Shown: piece by piece, positions 25,172 to 39,100 of the stretch
How the letters are laid out: the number at the start of each line of letters is the position of its first letter
How positions within the stretch are numbered: the first letter of the stretch is position 1
DNA from: Octopus sinensis
Taxonomy: Eukaryota
DNA: 64,000 nucleotides
Direction of reading: 5' to 3'
NCBI RefSeq assembly: GCF_006345805.1
Contig: NC_043009.1
Coordinates: 52,824,001-52,888,000 of the forward strand
The notes under the pieces: model-generated
Databases searched by the model: none
What the model saw: the letters and a program-made list of their open reading frames with translations, nothing else
What the model was told of the DNA's origin: nothing
Translations under genes and position numbers: made by a program

Positions 25172-28100
25172 TACATACATACACACACACACATACATAC
25201 ATACATACATATATACTTACCAAGCATGTGCAATGAACAATGTGACCTTGTGGAATAGGAACTAGCTCTTGTAGGTATATACATTTCGGGACTGAGGATG
25301 TTACAGAAGCTGGAGTCGATGCTGTAAAGAGGACGGGCCTCAGGAAGCAATACCATGTAGCAATTGATCAAATTCTTGCTGGGAGAATAACTGAAATGGA
25401 TACAAAGTCAGAAGTTCAGTAAACACACAAAACAAAAAAAAGAAAAACCTTATTTGATGAGATATTGCAAGGAAACTAGAACAGAACCAGAATGACAGAA
25501 CCTATTGTCCTTTGGTTTTGCAAACAAACGAGATTTTATAATTAACAATGTAATTAATTCCGAACCAGAAAACACTTCATCAGGTGGTGGATAGTCTTTT
25601 ATAAGGATACTACACAAGCATTGGATTAAATTACTATTTTCTTCTACAGATCTGTCACTGGTAAGTGATTAAGCAATTATCTGTGTGATAATTATCATAC
25701 AACATACACATGTGTTAAACATGTGGAAAGATTATATAATCTTTATAATAAAGAGTTTGAGTAAACCACCTATTGTTTAGCTCTCAAATACATGTATACA
25801 TGTGTGTGTGTGTGTGTATGTATATATATATATACACACACACACATATACAGTGTACTCAATGTATAAACTGTATATACATATCCATACTGTACATACA
25901 GTAAAAATATTTACATATAGGTATATATTTACAGATATACAAATTCATATTGTACATATAGTATAAATATTTTGTAAATGCATTTTTCATATATATATAT
26001 AGGTATTCTCATATGCCACTCACCTCCAAAGAGTGTCATACACTGGATCTAGACATACAGCATGGTGAAACAGGTTTTCTTGATCAGCCGAACTGAAACT
26101 GAAATGAAAGTAACAAAAGAGTTAGCTTTAGTTTTTAAATTTTCTGTTTTTTTTTTTTTTCAAATTGCTTCTTTTCATAATGAAAGAGAATTGTGGAAAT
26201 GTATTTTCAAGCAATTTTTTTCTTCGCAACTAAATCTCTTCTCACTCGTCACTAAGCACTTAAATGTCAGGGGGAAGTGGAAGCAGTTGTCTGCGAACAT
26301 ACTGAAGCAAATAAAAAATGTCTTACCCAGGAAGTTTAAATAAATAAATAAATAAGCCGTTTATCATTACTGACTCAGAAAAGTGATAGGCAACAATCGA
26401 GCCTAATTCGATTAAGAGATCAGATTACAGTTTAATGAAAATCATTGTGGGGGCCATGCTAGGCTAAAAATCAGAACAGAAAGAAGAGAGAGGTAATGGT
26501 TGAACCTGGCAGGACCAAAGATCAACATCAAGAGCATACAGAGGTAAAGCTGAGCCTAGTAAGGACTGAAGATCAAAACAAGGGAGAAGCAATGTCGAAC
26601 CTGAAAGGACTAGAGATCAAAGTGCAGTGAATAGAGAAGCAATTATGAGTCTGGCAGGATGGAAGACGATAAACACAGAGAAGGGAGAAGCAATATTGAG
26701 GCTGAAAGGACTGCAGATCAAAATACAGAGAATCGAGATGTAATGTTGAATCTGGCAGGTCTGAAGATGAAAACACAGAGAAGGGAGAAGCAATACTGAG
26801 GCTGAAAGGACTGCAGATCAAAATACAGAGAATCGAGATGTAATGTTGAATCTGGCAGGTCTGAAGATGAAAACACAGAGAAGGGAGAGGCAATATTGAG
26901 GTTGACCAGATCAGAAGTGAGAATCTAAAACAATAGGACCTGATACAGTAAGGCATACAGTCCAACCATGTGATTCTATAACTCCACTGCCACAGTAACT
27001 CTGCCAGAATCCTTTGTGTCTATTTCAAGAGATGAGAAGATAAATTTATTGATAAGATTGATGTAGACTGTTTTAATAAGAATTTTCAATAATAGAACAA
27101 AGCAACTAGTTTGGGGGAAAAGTTTCATTCGAGTGAAACATTCTCAGAATTTGGAGAGCATTTAGTTCATCAATCAAACTGGAGGAGAGTATAAGAAGTT
27201 GATCTCTGAAGGATCAGAACTCAGAGTATGAAGGAAAATAATGCTAAGCAGTTATTCCATCATTCTACTGTTTCTACATACCACAGACTGTAACAATTTG
27301 TGAAAACAATTCATTTCTAACACAGGCACAAAACCAGTTATTTAGCAAGAGGAGAACAGTTGATTTCATCGACCACACTACTTGACAGAGACATTTTGTG
27401 ATCTAGAAAGGATAAAAAGGATAAAGGGTGAAGTTGTCTCCAGCAGGATTACTCGTAACTAAATATCACAAGATGCTTTAACCCTTTAGTATTTAAACTG
27501 GCCATATCCAGCCAAAATATTTAAACTGTTTTATGTTCAAACTGACCAGATCCAGGCTCTCACACCTACCCTACAATGTTATTCTACATTAGGTAATTAC
27601 ACCATCAAGATCTTGAAGATATGAGATAATGCATGATTAATTCAAATCAATGGGAATCAATAGGCATTATGTTTGATAGAATAATCTGAACACTAAAGGG
27701 TTAATGATACTGCCAGTTCATCATCCTTGTAATAATAATGCTTTATTTCTCTGATTTCTAACAAATTTCAAAGTAAAGGAATATATAGTTGACAAATCAA
27801 TCTCGTTTGAACTGGAAATCAGAAAAATGACGACAAAAATGTTAATATGCTGCAATTTATTTTTAGGCAAACGACTAATATGTGTAATTTTTCTTTTCCC
27901 ATATTCTTAAATCTAGAAGAAAACTTATAATGGAATCCACCCAAATACATAACTGATACTTATTTCACTAACCATCCCAGAAGTAACTGTCAAGAAGGCA
28001 TCATAAATCTGATTTAACAAGACCCTTAATGATAGTAGCTATAAATACCATAACAGCATGGACAGTGAAAAGATTTTAGACAACTGTTGACAACATCTGG

Positions 28101-28415
28101 GATGATCTTTTTTTTCTTTTGTCCAGAGAGAGAGAGTGCATGCATGCATACATACACACTTATACACACACACACACACATACAGACAAAGGAGTGCTGG
28201 GAAGTTCCTGGCTTTGGATAAAATAACATACAGAAGGATCAGTTAATTATGATTTTATTCAGCATATTCCTCTCTCAGGTTCACACACTTATTGCAGCAA
28301 TCCTTCAGTTTTTCTAAGTTCTGTAAAAGAATTTGGAAGGTGGGCCTCCAACCAAGCCTTTTGCAATAGCCTCAAAGCCAGGAACTTTTCAGCACCCCCT
28401 CATATTTATGTGTGC

Positions 28416-28468
<53 letters not shown>

Positions 28469-29215
28469 AAAGCAGATGTTAAATGATACACACACACGTA
28501 TATATAATTCTGTTCTGAGCCCTCCCATGTAAAGCACAACCACATACCTTTTACAACAGCCATCATGTTTACTAATCATCAGACACTTCATAGTACAGCC
28601 ACTGTCTTCATTAACAGGAATTAAGCCTGGAAATAACATATTAGACAAAAAGGTCAGAAGGTCAAATAATGAAAATGTAGTTCAGTTGCAAGAGATGTGG
28701 AATACGTGTCTGTGTGTGCACGTGAGTGTATAGATGTGAACATAAGGATGCAGATGGTGTGTGAGTAAGTGGATGTGCATGGACAAGTATGAGCATATGC
28801 AAGTGTGCAAGTGTGTGAATGTAAGAGGGCTGGCTAACGTGTACTTTGGCAAGTGATTGTACACATGTGGGTGAATCACTACATGTAAGAGTGTGAATGT
28901 ATAGGGATACGAAATGCGGTGAGGTCAACAGAACAAATATTTTTCGGTCACAAAATGCTGGCTTCACATTTATATAGTTACACACACACACACACACATG
29001 CATGCGCGCACACACACACACACACACAAACTGCATCTTCAGTTTTACAACCCTCTTTTATTGTTTCATTCCACTCAGATAATTTAGAACTTCTTTAGCC
29101 AACTGTTATCATACATATACAATACATGACCATTCCATAGCAGCACATTTTTCCCTCGGCTCATTTCTAATGTCATTTATGTGTGTGTGCCTGTGTGTGT
29201 GCAAGTATATAACTT

Positions 29216-29253
<38 letters not shown>

Positions 29254-31492
29254 TATATGGTTCAAAATTAAACAAAAAAAGACAAACACAGCATGCTCAA
29301 CTCATTTATTTCCAGTCTTCATATATCCTCCACATTCAAAACCTGGGTTCAGAACCCTGCAACATGTCACCTCATTCACAAACATTATGCAATCTGCCCT
29401 TCACTCAGTGAAAGACTATTTTTGCAACCAGCAGAAGTAAAAAATCCCAGAACAATTTTCACTCTGTCTTTACTCCGGCTACTACATCTTCCTTCACTCC
29501 TAATTCTTTCTACTATAAGCACAAGGCCTCAAATTTTTCAGGGTGGGTTTAATCAATTGCATTGACCCCAGTGCTGAACTGATATTTTATTTCATCAATC
29601 CTGAAAGAGTGAAAGGACAAGTCAACCTCACTGACATCTGAACAGAGAATGCAAAGAGCCAGAAGAAATGCCAGAAAGCATTGTGTCCAATGTGGTGAAG
29701 ATCTGGCCAGTTCACTGCCTTTCCTCCACTGCAAAACAAGCCACATAGGCAACAGAAGCTGTAAATTACTTACAGGAAACATTCAAAACATCTCAAAGAA
29801 TTTATTTTATGGTTACTCTTAAATTTGCTGTATACAAAGTATTTCTTCCCTGTCAGCCTGTCTGTGATCCTGCAGCATTCCTTGTGCACCCGGTTTAGAA
29901 TTAGATCACAACTCCTCCAGAATTCTTATCTAATATCTCTCATCACATATCTAATAATTTTTGGCATACTGGACACAGCCACCTCCTTGACAGTAGAAGA
30001 GTTCTGTCCTGTTTCTTGTTAATTTATGCCCCTCCATTCTAGACTTTGTCACATGATTGTAAAATATTCTTTAATTCATCATCATCATCATCATCATCAT
30101 TTAGCGTCCGTTTTCCATGCTAGCATGGGTTGGACGGTTCAACTGGGGTCTGGGGAGCCCGAAGGCTGCACCAGGCCAGTCAGATCTGGCAGTGTTTCTA
30201 CAGCTGGATGCCCTTCCTAACGCCAACCACTCCGAGAGTGTAGTGGGTGATTTTATGTGCCACCGACACAGGTGCCAGACGAGGCTGGCGAACGGCCACG
30301 CTCGGATGGTGTTTTTATGTGCCACCGACACAGGTGCCAGACGAGGCTGGCAGACGGCCACGCTCGGATGGTGTTTTTATGTGCCACCGACACAGGTGCC
30401 AGATGAGGCTGGCAGGTGCCAGACGAGGCTGGCAGACGGCCACGCTCGGATGGTGTTTTTATGTGCCACCGACACAGGTGCCAGATGAGGCTGGCGGACG
30501 GCCACGATCGGATGGTGTTTGTTACGTCCATCCGATCGTGGCCGTCCGCCAGCCTCATCTGGCACCTGTGTCGGTGGCACATCTTCTTCAAATTTAGATA
30601 ACAAGAATCAAGTCATTCTTACAGAAGTTCCCACTCCTCCGTTATGGTTTGAAGAACTGTAATATACAGAAAGTGGTAGAAAATCAGCCCAGACAGGCAC
30701 ATCCCTGCATGCCTGATTTCTTGCTGACTTCATTGCTCACTATTATCGTGCTGACAGCATCCCTGTTAATGGCTTGCATGACTGCCACAAGCCTTGTATC
30801 TGAAGCTAATTTTCTTAGTACCAAAATGACTACAGAGCATGGTAGTTTGTCTGCCATGTCAGCTATCTTCTCCAGGTCAACGAATGCTAAGTGTAGTGGT
30901 TTACCTCTCATACCACACCTCTCTACTCATGCATTTCAACAACCACCTTTCATCATATCTTCATTAATGTTGGCAACAATGAAGTTCTGCAGCTGATAGG
31001 AAGAACAAATTTTTGGCAGTGGATAGGTTATACAGAAATACAGGCCAACACACATATTAAGTGATACATTCACACACGCACACACACGCACAGACAATTA
31101 TACATACATAGTGCGCAACAAGCCTGCTAACACAATGATAAATGGAACTCACCAATACAAGATTGATTGGCAAAGATGTTACAGCTAGTGAGTGTGTGAG
31201 CATTGATCAAAGATTCATCAATTCTCATGTACGTCTGATCACCACTGGCACCAATCCAAGTGGAACGGCGACCGTATCGAGCACCTGCAACACAAGCAGA
31301 AGAAAAGAATTTTGTCTTAATACATAAGTGAATTCATAAATATATATATATATATACACACACACATATATATATATACACACATACGTATATATATATA
31401 CACACATACATATATATAAATACACACACATACATATATACACACACACATATATATATACACACACACACATATATATATATACACATATA

Positions 31493-31524
<32 letters not shown>

Positions 31525-31709
31525 CACACACACATATATATATACACACACACATATATATATACACACATATATATATATATACACACACACATACATA
31601 TATACACACACACATACATATATACACACACACATACATATATACACACACATACATATATATACACATACATATACACACACATACATATATATACACA
31701 CACACACAC

Positions 31710-31771
<62 letters not shown>

Positions 31772-32375
31772 TGCATATATATAAATACACACACATGCAT
31801 ATATATAAATACACACACATGCATATATATAAATACACACACACATATATATATACACACATACACACACATATACACACACACAAACACACACACATAC
31901 ATACATACATACAAGTGTACATGCCTACACACACACACATCTCATAGCGCTTATACATGCTATTATGTACAGTAATGCCACAAAGTTTAAGTGAGTCTCT
32001 CAGCAAGTCTGAATGAAAACTGAACACATTAGTTGGTTGGATTTTCATTCCAACTTATTGAGAGCTTAGCAGCTGAAGAGCAGAGTCTGCTTTCATAGTA
32101 AAGCTAAATATATCTTTTATCTGTCTCGGTCAATAAACTGCAACCATATTGGGGCACCATCTCGAAGAACTTTTAGTCAAATGAATCAACCTCAGTATTT
32201 CTTTTTTTTTTATTTTCTTAAGCCTTGTACATATTCCATTCATCGATTTTTGCTGAACCACTAGGTTACAGGGATGTAAACAAACCAACACCAGCTACCA
32301 AGCAGTAGTGGGGGACAAACACAAGGCCAAAAACACATACACACGTGTGTATGTATGTATATATATTTATACATA

Positions 32376-32414
<39 letters not shown>

Positions 32415-33034
32415 TATATATACACACACATGCATATATATAAATACACACACATGCATATATATAAATACACACACATGCATATATATAAATACACACA
32501 CACATATATAATACACACACACACACACATATATATACACACACAACACACACACATACATACATACATACAAGTGTACATGCCTACACACACACACATC
32601 TCATAGCGCTTATACATGCTATTATGTACAGTAATGCCACAAAGTTTAAGTGAGTCTCTCAGCAAGTCTGAATGAAAACTGAACACATTAGTTGGTTGGA
32701 TTTTCATTCCAACTTATTGAGAGCTTAGCAGCTGAAGAGCAGAGTCTGCTTTCATAGTAAAGCTAAATATATCTTTTATCTGTCTCGGTCAATAAACTGC
32801 AACCATATTGGGGCACCATCTCGAAGAACTTTTAGTCAAATGAATCAACCTCAGTATTTCTTTTTTTTTTATTTTCTTAAGCCTTGTACATATTCCATTC
32901 ATCGATTTTTGCTGAACCACTAGGTTACAGGGATGTAAACAAACCAACACCAGCTACCAAGCAGTAGTGGGGGACAAACACAAGGCCAAAAACACATACA
33001 CACGTGTGTATGTATGTATATATATTTATACATA

Positions 33035-33103
<69 letters not shown>

Positions 33104-36100
33104 GACAGGTTTCTTTCAGTTTCTGTCTACCAAATCCACTCACAAGGCTTTGATCAGCCTGAGGTTATAATAAAAGACATCTGCCTAAGGTGCCACACAG
33201 TGGGACTGAACCCAGAACCATGCAGTTGGGAAGCAAGCTTCTTATCACGCATTCACACCTGCATCTCTATAGCCATGCCTGTGCTTTTACTTTTACTAAA
33301 GGACTTTGTGCCAGTGCTCCCGGTTGCTAGAACTTAACATACATATAATGTACAGTGTTACTAATCTCTGATAGTGCAGAGGTGTGTATTCACTGACTTC
33401 CTCTGTTTCAGACTCTTACACAAACCAGAAGCTAAGTACAGCATGTAATATTAATTAATAAGTAATAAAAAGAAAGAGGGGTTACTTAATCATCTTTAAT
33501 AGCTTACAGTTGTTTCCATTAAAAGGAACTTTGCACCAACTGTTGAGTGGAGAGAGGGTGGAATGAGCATAGCTGAATGGTTAAAGCATTCAGTCTGCAA
33601 TAATGAGGTTGTGGGATTGATTCCACAGTACAACAGTTCAGGTAAATGACTTCTACTAAATCTTGAAATTAGAAGTCTACCTGACTCTGAGTTCAGTCCC
33701 ACAACAAGGCACCTTGGCCACAAGTTTTCCACTATAGCTCTAGGCAAAGCAATGCCTTATGAATGAATTTAGTAAACAGAAACTACACGAGGTTTGTCAT
33801 GTGTGTGTGAGAGAGAGAGTCAGTCAGCGTGAGTGCATGCATATCAGTTTACAATTTATGCTAAGCTACAGCTAAAATAAGTGATGTCATCATTTGTAAC
33901 TCAGCTACAAGCAGTGACATCGCTATTTTCTGCTGGGTTTCAATCAGGAATGTTTGTGATATTTCCTATGAAAAACTCATCCATTAGCTCTGTGCTTCCA
34001 AACTCCTCTGAAATAAAAAGTTTCTTGTTTAAAAAAAATAGGTAGGAGCTGGCAACAGAAAGAGCACCAGGCAGTAAAAATCCTGGCTCGAGTACCTGCC
34101 CTTGTCAAAGGCACACTAGCATGGAAAAACAGGCATTAAACGAATGAATGATGAAATAAATCATTGGAATTTGAGACGACCAATAGCGGTGGAAGTTGGA
34201 GGGTGTCTGTGTTGGAACAACTCAACACAACCACATGGTTCTGGGTTCAGTTTCACTGCATGGCACTTTGGGCAAGTATCTTCCACTATTGCCTCAGGCC
34301 AACCAAAGCCTTGTCAGTGGATTTGGTTAAATGGAAACTGAATGGAAGCCTGTCATGTATATGCCTGTGTCTTTGTGTCCGTGTTTGTCCCTTGCCACCA
34401 CTTGACACCAGGTGTTGTGTTGACATCCCCATAACTTAATGGTTCAACTAAAGAGACCAATAGAATAAGTATCAGGCTTAAAAAAAAATGACTGAGGTCA
34501 ATTCATTTGACCAATATTCTTCAAGGTGGTGCCCCAGCATGGTCACAGTCCAATGACTGAAACAAGTAAAAGATAAAAGGTTTTGACAAATTCTTTCTTT
34601 GAAACATTTAGAAACTATTTTCTTTATTTTTGGTTTTGATGAACACCAGAAAGAAAAAAGAAAGCAAGAGAACCAACCAATGCCAGGAACAGGTCCAGGA
34701 ACTGTATACCAAGGATGGCTCTTATCCTTCACTCCACCATCTTCAGGACATACACGACCTAAAGCTCCTTTCTGCAAAAAATAAACCAGAAAAGAAAGAA
34801 AATATAAATTTAGAACAAACCAAGGAAATGGTTATCTTTGAATGGTATTAGACCTCACCAACCTGGAAGACAGATGTAAAACACATCAACCTTAAGGGTT
34901 TATGAGCAAATCTAGCTATAATCTTGTGAAACAGTTCTCAATTCCCAGAAAAGAACCAAAGCTCTTAAAGCAATGGCAAAAGCAGCTGAGAAGAGTTCCA
35001 ACAGGATCCAGTCAAAGAGGGATCGAAATGAGTTTCAAAAGGTATAATTTACCCTACACAGTCAACTAGTGTCTTTGATTGAACTAGTTACAACACCCAA
35101 GGTACCTTGGCTCTGGCACACCTTAACCATCCAGGAGGGCTGCAATACAGATAGTAGCATAGAATGTGGCAGCTGAGGCCCCCTTAGAGTGTAAGGAGTT
35201 AAGGACAAAAACACTTGCATGAGGGATAGAAGTGGGGTGCTTCTTCTCTGAAGACCTTCAGCTCTTCACCTCTTCCTAGAGGTTCTTACTGCTGATTGGC
35301 ACAAGACCTCACCAATCTGGAAGATTTAAAAGCTAGTCAAATAAACCCCAATATTCAGGTTAGTACTTATCAGGAGTTGAATTCAGTGCATAAATGGATG
35401 TAACACTGCCCTTAAAAACAATGACTGTTTCAAATTATGGCACAAGGCGAGCAAATTTAGGAGGAGGGGTAGTTGATTACATCAACTCCAGTACTTCACT
35501 GGTACTTATTTTATAGAGCCCCAAATATATGAAAGGCAAAGTTGATCTCACTACAATTTGAACTCAGAACATAAAAAGCCAGATCAAGGGCTAGAATTAA
35601 ATTGTGTAAACCATTTGGTTTAGTACCACCATTTCTAGCACTTCACCAAAAGTTTATCTCTGTATTTTTACGTTGACATTGGTTGGATATGCAGCACTTC
35701 AGGATATCTGACACAAACACAGAACTACAATACTCTGTTGTATACGCCACGGTCTTTTATGGTTATATGCCTTTCCCAGTGCCAACAATTTTATAGCATA
35801 GATGTGGTGCATTTATCATCCCACCAGCATCAGAGAGTCTCTATGCCAATATTAATGTCTCCACTGCCCAGTGTTAGTGGAAACACTCTGCTTTTAGATG
35901 GGTTCCTGAAGGATTCCAAGTCACATCCCTTCTTCTCTCTTTTGACATGTTCTCCGTGGCTAGATGCACAACATAGTGTCAGCCACTTTACAGTAAATTG
36001 AAACAATGACAATGATAAATTTGACAACAGAAATTGAGGTGGTGGTGGTGGCAGCGGTGATGATGATGATGTTGATGATAAGTAGATGTATTAACTTACC

Positions 36101-39100
36101 TGATAACTGCCACACGTATACACTTGGCCATTTGCTAGTAATATCACTGTATGACTGCTTCCAGCTGCCACTTGGACAGCTGATATTGGCAACAGGACTT
36201 TGGTAGGTACACCTCTGTAACAATAAGATACACCATTTCAAATTGAGGATTAATTTCATTAATTAATTAAAAAAAAAAGACCCCCATAAAAATGCCCAAT
36301 GAAGAGAGTCTAGTATGTGTATATGTATGTAAATATGTGTGTGTGTGTATGTGTAGTGATGTGTACAAGCCATATATAAAGAGTGAATGAAAGATTACAA
36401 AACAATATAATGAGGTAATGTGTGTGTGAGTTTGCATAAGCAAGTATGCATACATGGTGCCATCAGGATATGAATATACTGGGTGGTTGCTCAGAGCCTG
36501 CCCATGAGTTTAAAGGTCCAACACTAATCTATGTATGCAGTTTTGATGTCTGTAGGTGCCCCAGCACATTGCTTTACCAAGGGGCCTATAATGCAGTGAA
36601 GACAGATCTATATAAGTATGTATCCATATACATTTGTATTTGTATACATACAGAAATATTTGAACTGGCATAGGCATGGCTGTGTGGTAAGGAGCTTACT
36701 TCCCAACCACATGGTTCCAGGTTCAGTCCCACTGCGTGGCACCTAGGGTAAATGTCTTCTGATATAGTCTTGAGCTGACTAAAGCCTTGTGTGTGGATTT
36801 GGTAGAGGGAAACTGAAAGAAACCTGTCGTATATAGCTATGTGTGTGTGTCTTTATGTGTGTTTGTTCCCCCACTACAGCTTGACAGCTGGTGTTGGTGT
36901 GTTTACATCCCCATAACTTAGCGTTTTGGCAAAGAGAGGACAATAGAATAAGTACCAGGCTTTAAAAAAAAAAGACCTGGGGTTGATTTGTACAACTAAA
37001 ACCCTTCAAGATGGTGCCCCAGTATGGCCACAGTCAAATGACTGAAACAAGTAAAAGAATAAAAGATATAGAAATGCATGTTTGGATTCAGAAGAGAGAG
37101 AGAGGGAGAAAGAAATAGTGAGAGTTTAATGAGAAAGTCCCTTACCGTACAGCAACATCTCCGACACCAAGTTGACCGTATTGGTTGCTACCAAAAGTAT
37201 ACACATCACCATTCTGAAGCAGTACCACTGAAGATGTAAAACAAAACATAGTTTTAACAATAGTAGTAGTAGTAAGCGAGAAGAAAGAATTTTAATATGT
37301 TCATATAAAAACAGACTCTACCAAATGATAGCAACATCACGATAAATCTCTTCCCAAGCATATACAAAGGAGAAAATATTTGATATTTTTTGATAAAAAT
37401 AACTAAATCTCCTTTAAAATACACCTTACAGCCTCAAGGATGGACGCATTACACGATGTAGTTCTAGATACTCCATAGCTGAGAAAATAAAAGACGCACT
37501 GTTTATGACTAAAAAAAATCTATGACAATAAGTCTATTTTATCAGTAATGATATAGAGTTAAAGAACAGCAGAAAATTGCAGGAAACTCATAGATCCTTC
37601 TGCTCAACATGGGTTCAAAAAGGCCCTAGGTCATGTCTATGCAGAGAAGGAAAAGGTAGACACCTATATCATAGGTGTCTACAAAGGGTTTCTATGTGAC
37701 AGCTGACAACCATAAATCAGACCAGAGGCTGGAGCAAAGAACCAGCAAAATGGAAGGTGACATGATGGCGGAATGATACAATACATACAGCTCAAACAGC
37801 TAACAGACAGGAAAGGTAAAATGTAAGTGCACAACAAGGAACAAATACCAGGTTATTAGAAGAGAAAATAGACATCTGGTGTACTTGATTACGAGAGAAA
37901 CTCTAAGTAAGGGGTTTACCAATGTTCTACAGCAAGAGCATAGGGAACATGAAGTGTTCAAGATTGCAAAGCTGTATGGCTGTGAAGCCCAGGTATAACT
38001 GTGCAGTTAAGAAGCCTGATTTCTAGCCATGTGGTCTCAGGTTCAATGCCACTGAGTGGCACCTTGAGCAAGTTCCCTCTACAATAGCCCTAGGCTGAGT
38101 GAGTTGATTTATCATCATCATCATCATCGTTTAACGTCCACTTTCCATGCTAGCATGGGTTGGACAATTTGACTGAGGACTGGCGAACCAGATGGCTGCA
38201 CCAGGCTCCAATCTGATCTGGCAGAGTTTCTACAGTTGGATGCCCTTCCTAATGCCAACCACTCCAAGAGTGTGGTGGGTGTTTTTATGTGCCACCGGCA
38301 CGAGGGCCAGTCTTGCAGTACTGGCAATGGCCAGAAACTGAAAGACACTTGTCATGCGTGGTTTTCACACTTGTGATATTATACGATGCCTGTAAACAAT
38401 TATCACCTGTTGTGCAAGTGGTGCTGTTTGTTTCCAGTCTTTGGTGAAAAACATATTTGGTCATGGGGAAATAAAACATTACCTTTCCTGAAAACAAGTG
38501 AGGGTTGACAACAGGAAGGGCATCTGGCCATAGAAAAAATCTGCTTCAACAAAAATCCATTTGACCCATGAAAGCATATAAAAGTTAACATTGATGATGA
38601 TCACACACACACAAATCAGGTTACGTCCCATCCAGCTTCAGTGCAGTCAAAGAGAACACACCTACTACTCACTGTCTCCAAATGTATGGATATCAGCCTA
38701 TTAATCTTACAAAAAATGATGATTTAACAACTAAAATACACTTTTTCTCAAGGGTTTTAAACCCAAAATTGATTTAGCAAAAGACCACCATCATTACTTT
38801 CAGTTTGAAGTCAAGGAAGGAGTTGTGGCATAACCATTTACCATGCTAGAAATAGAAGCCAAAGTGAGTAAACAGTGGAACATGACACAATCTCTTGTCA
38901 AACCAACCAACTCATGCCAGCATGGAAAATGGATGCTAAATGATGATGATGATCTATGCTCTATCTACTTCTAATCATGTCCTACCGTGGCTTACAAAAA
39001 AAAAATATATATTTTGAACAGTATAGTCTCTTCTGAGACACAGAAAAGAGAAAAGATGCGACTGTCACATTTTGAACACTTTTGATCACAAGTCTGCTGG

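Noticed and set aside
25560-25592. Minus-strand CTGATGA as a third hammerhead
   Set aside because: No stem II and no GAAAC-GUH downstream.
34930-35040. [19 protein letters not shown] resembling the C-terminus of REL-endonuclease (HERO/NeSL-like) retroelements
   Set aside because: Too short and degenerate to support without a search.
37656-37682. Perfect 12-bp hairpin GTAGACACCTAT-ATC-ATAGGTGTCTAC
   Set aside because: Isolated and short, with no extended stem or element context.
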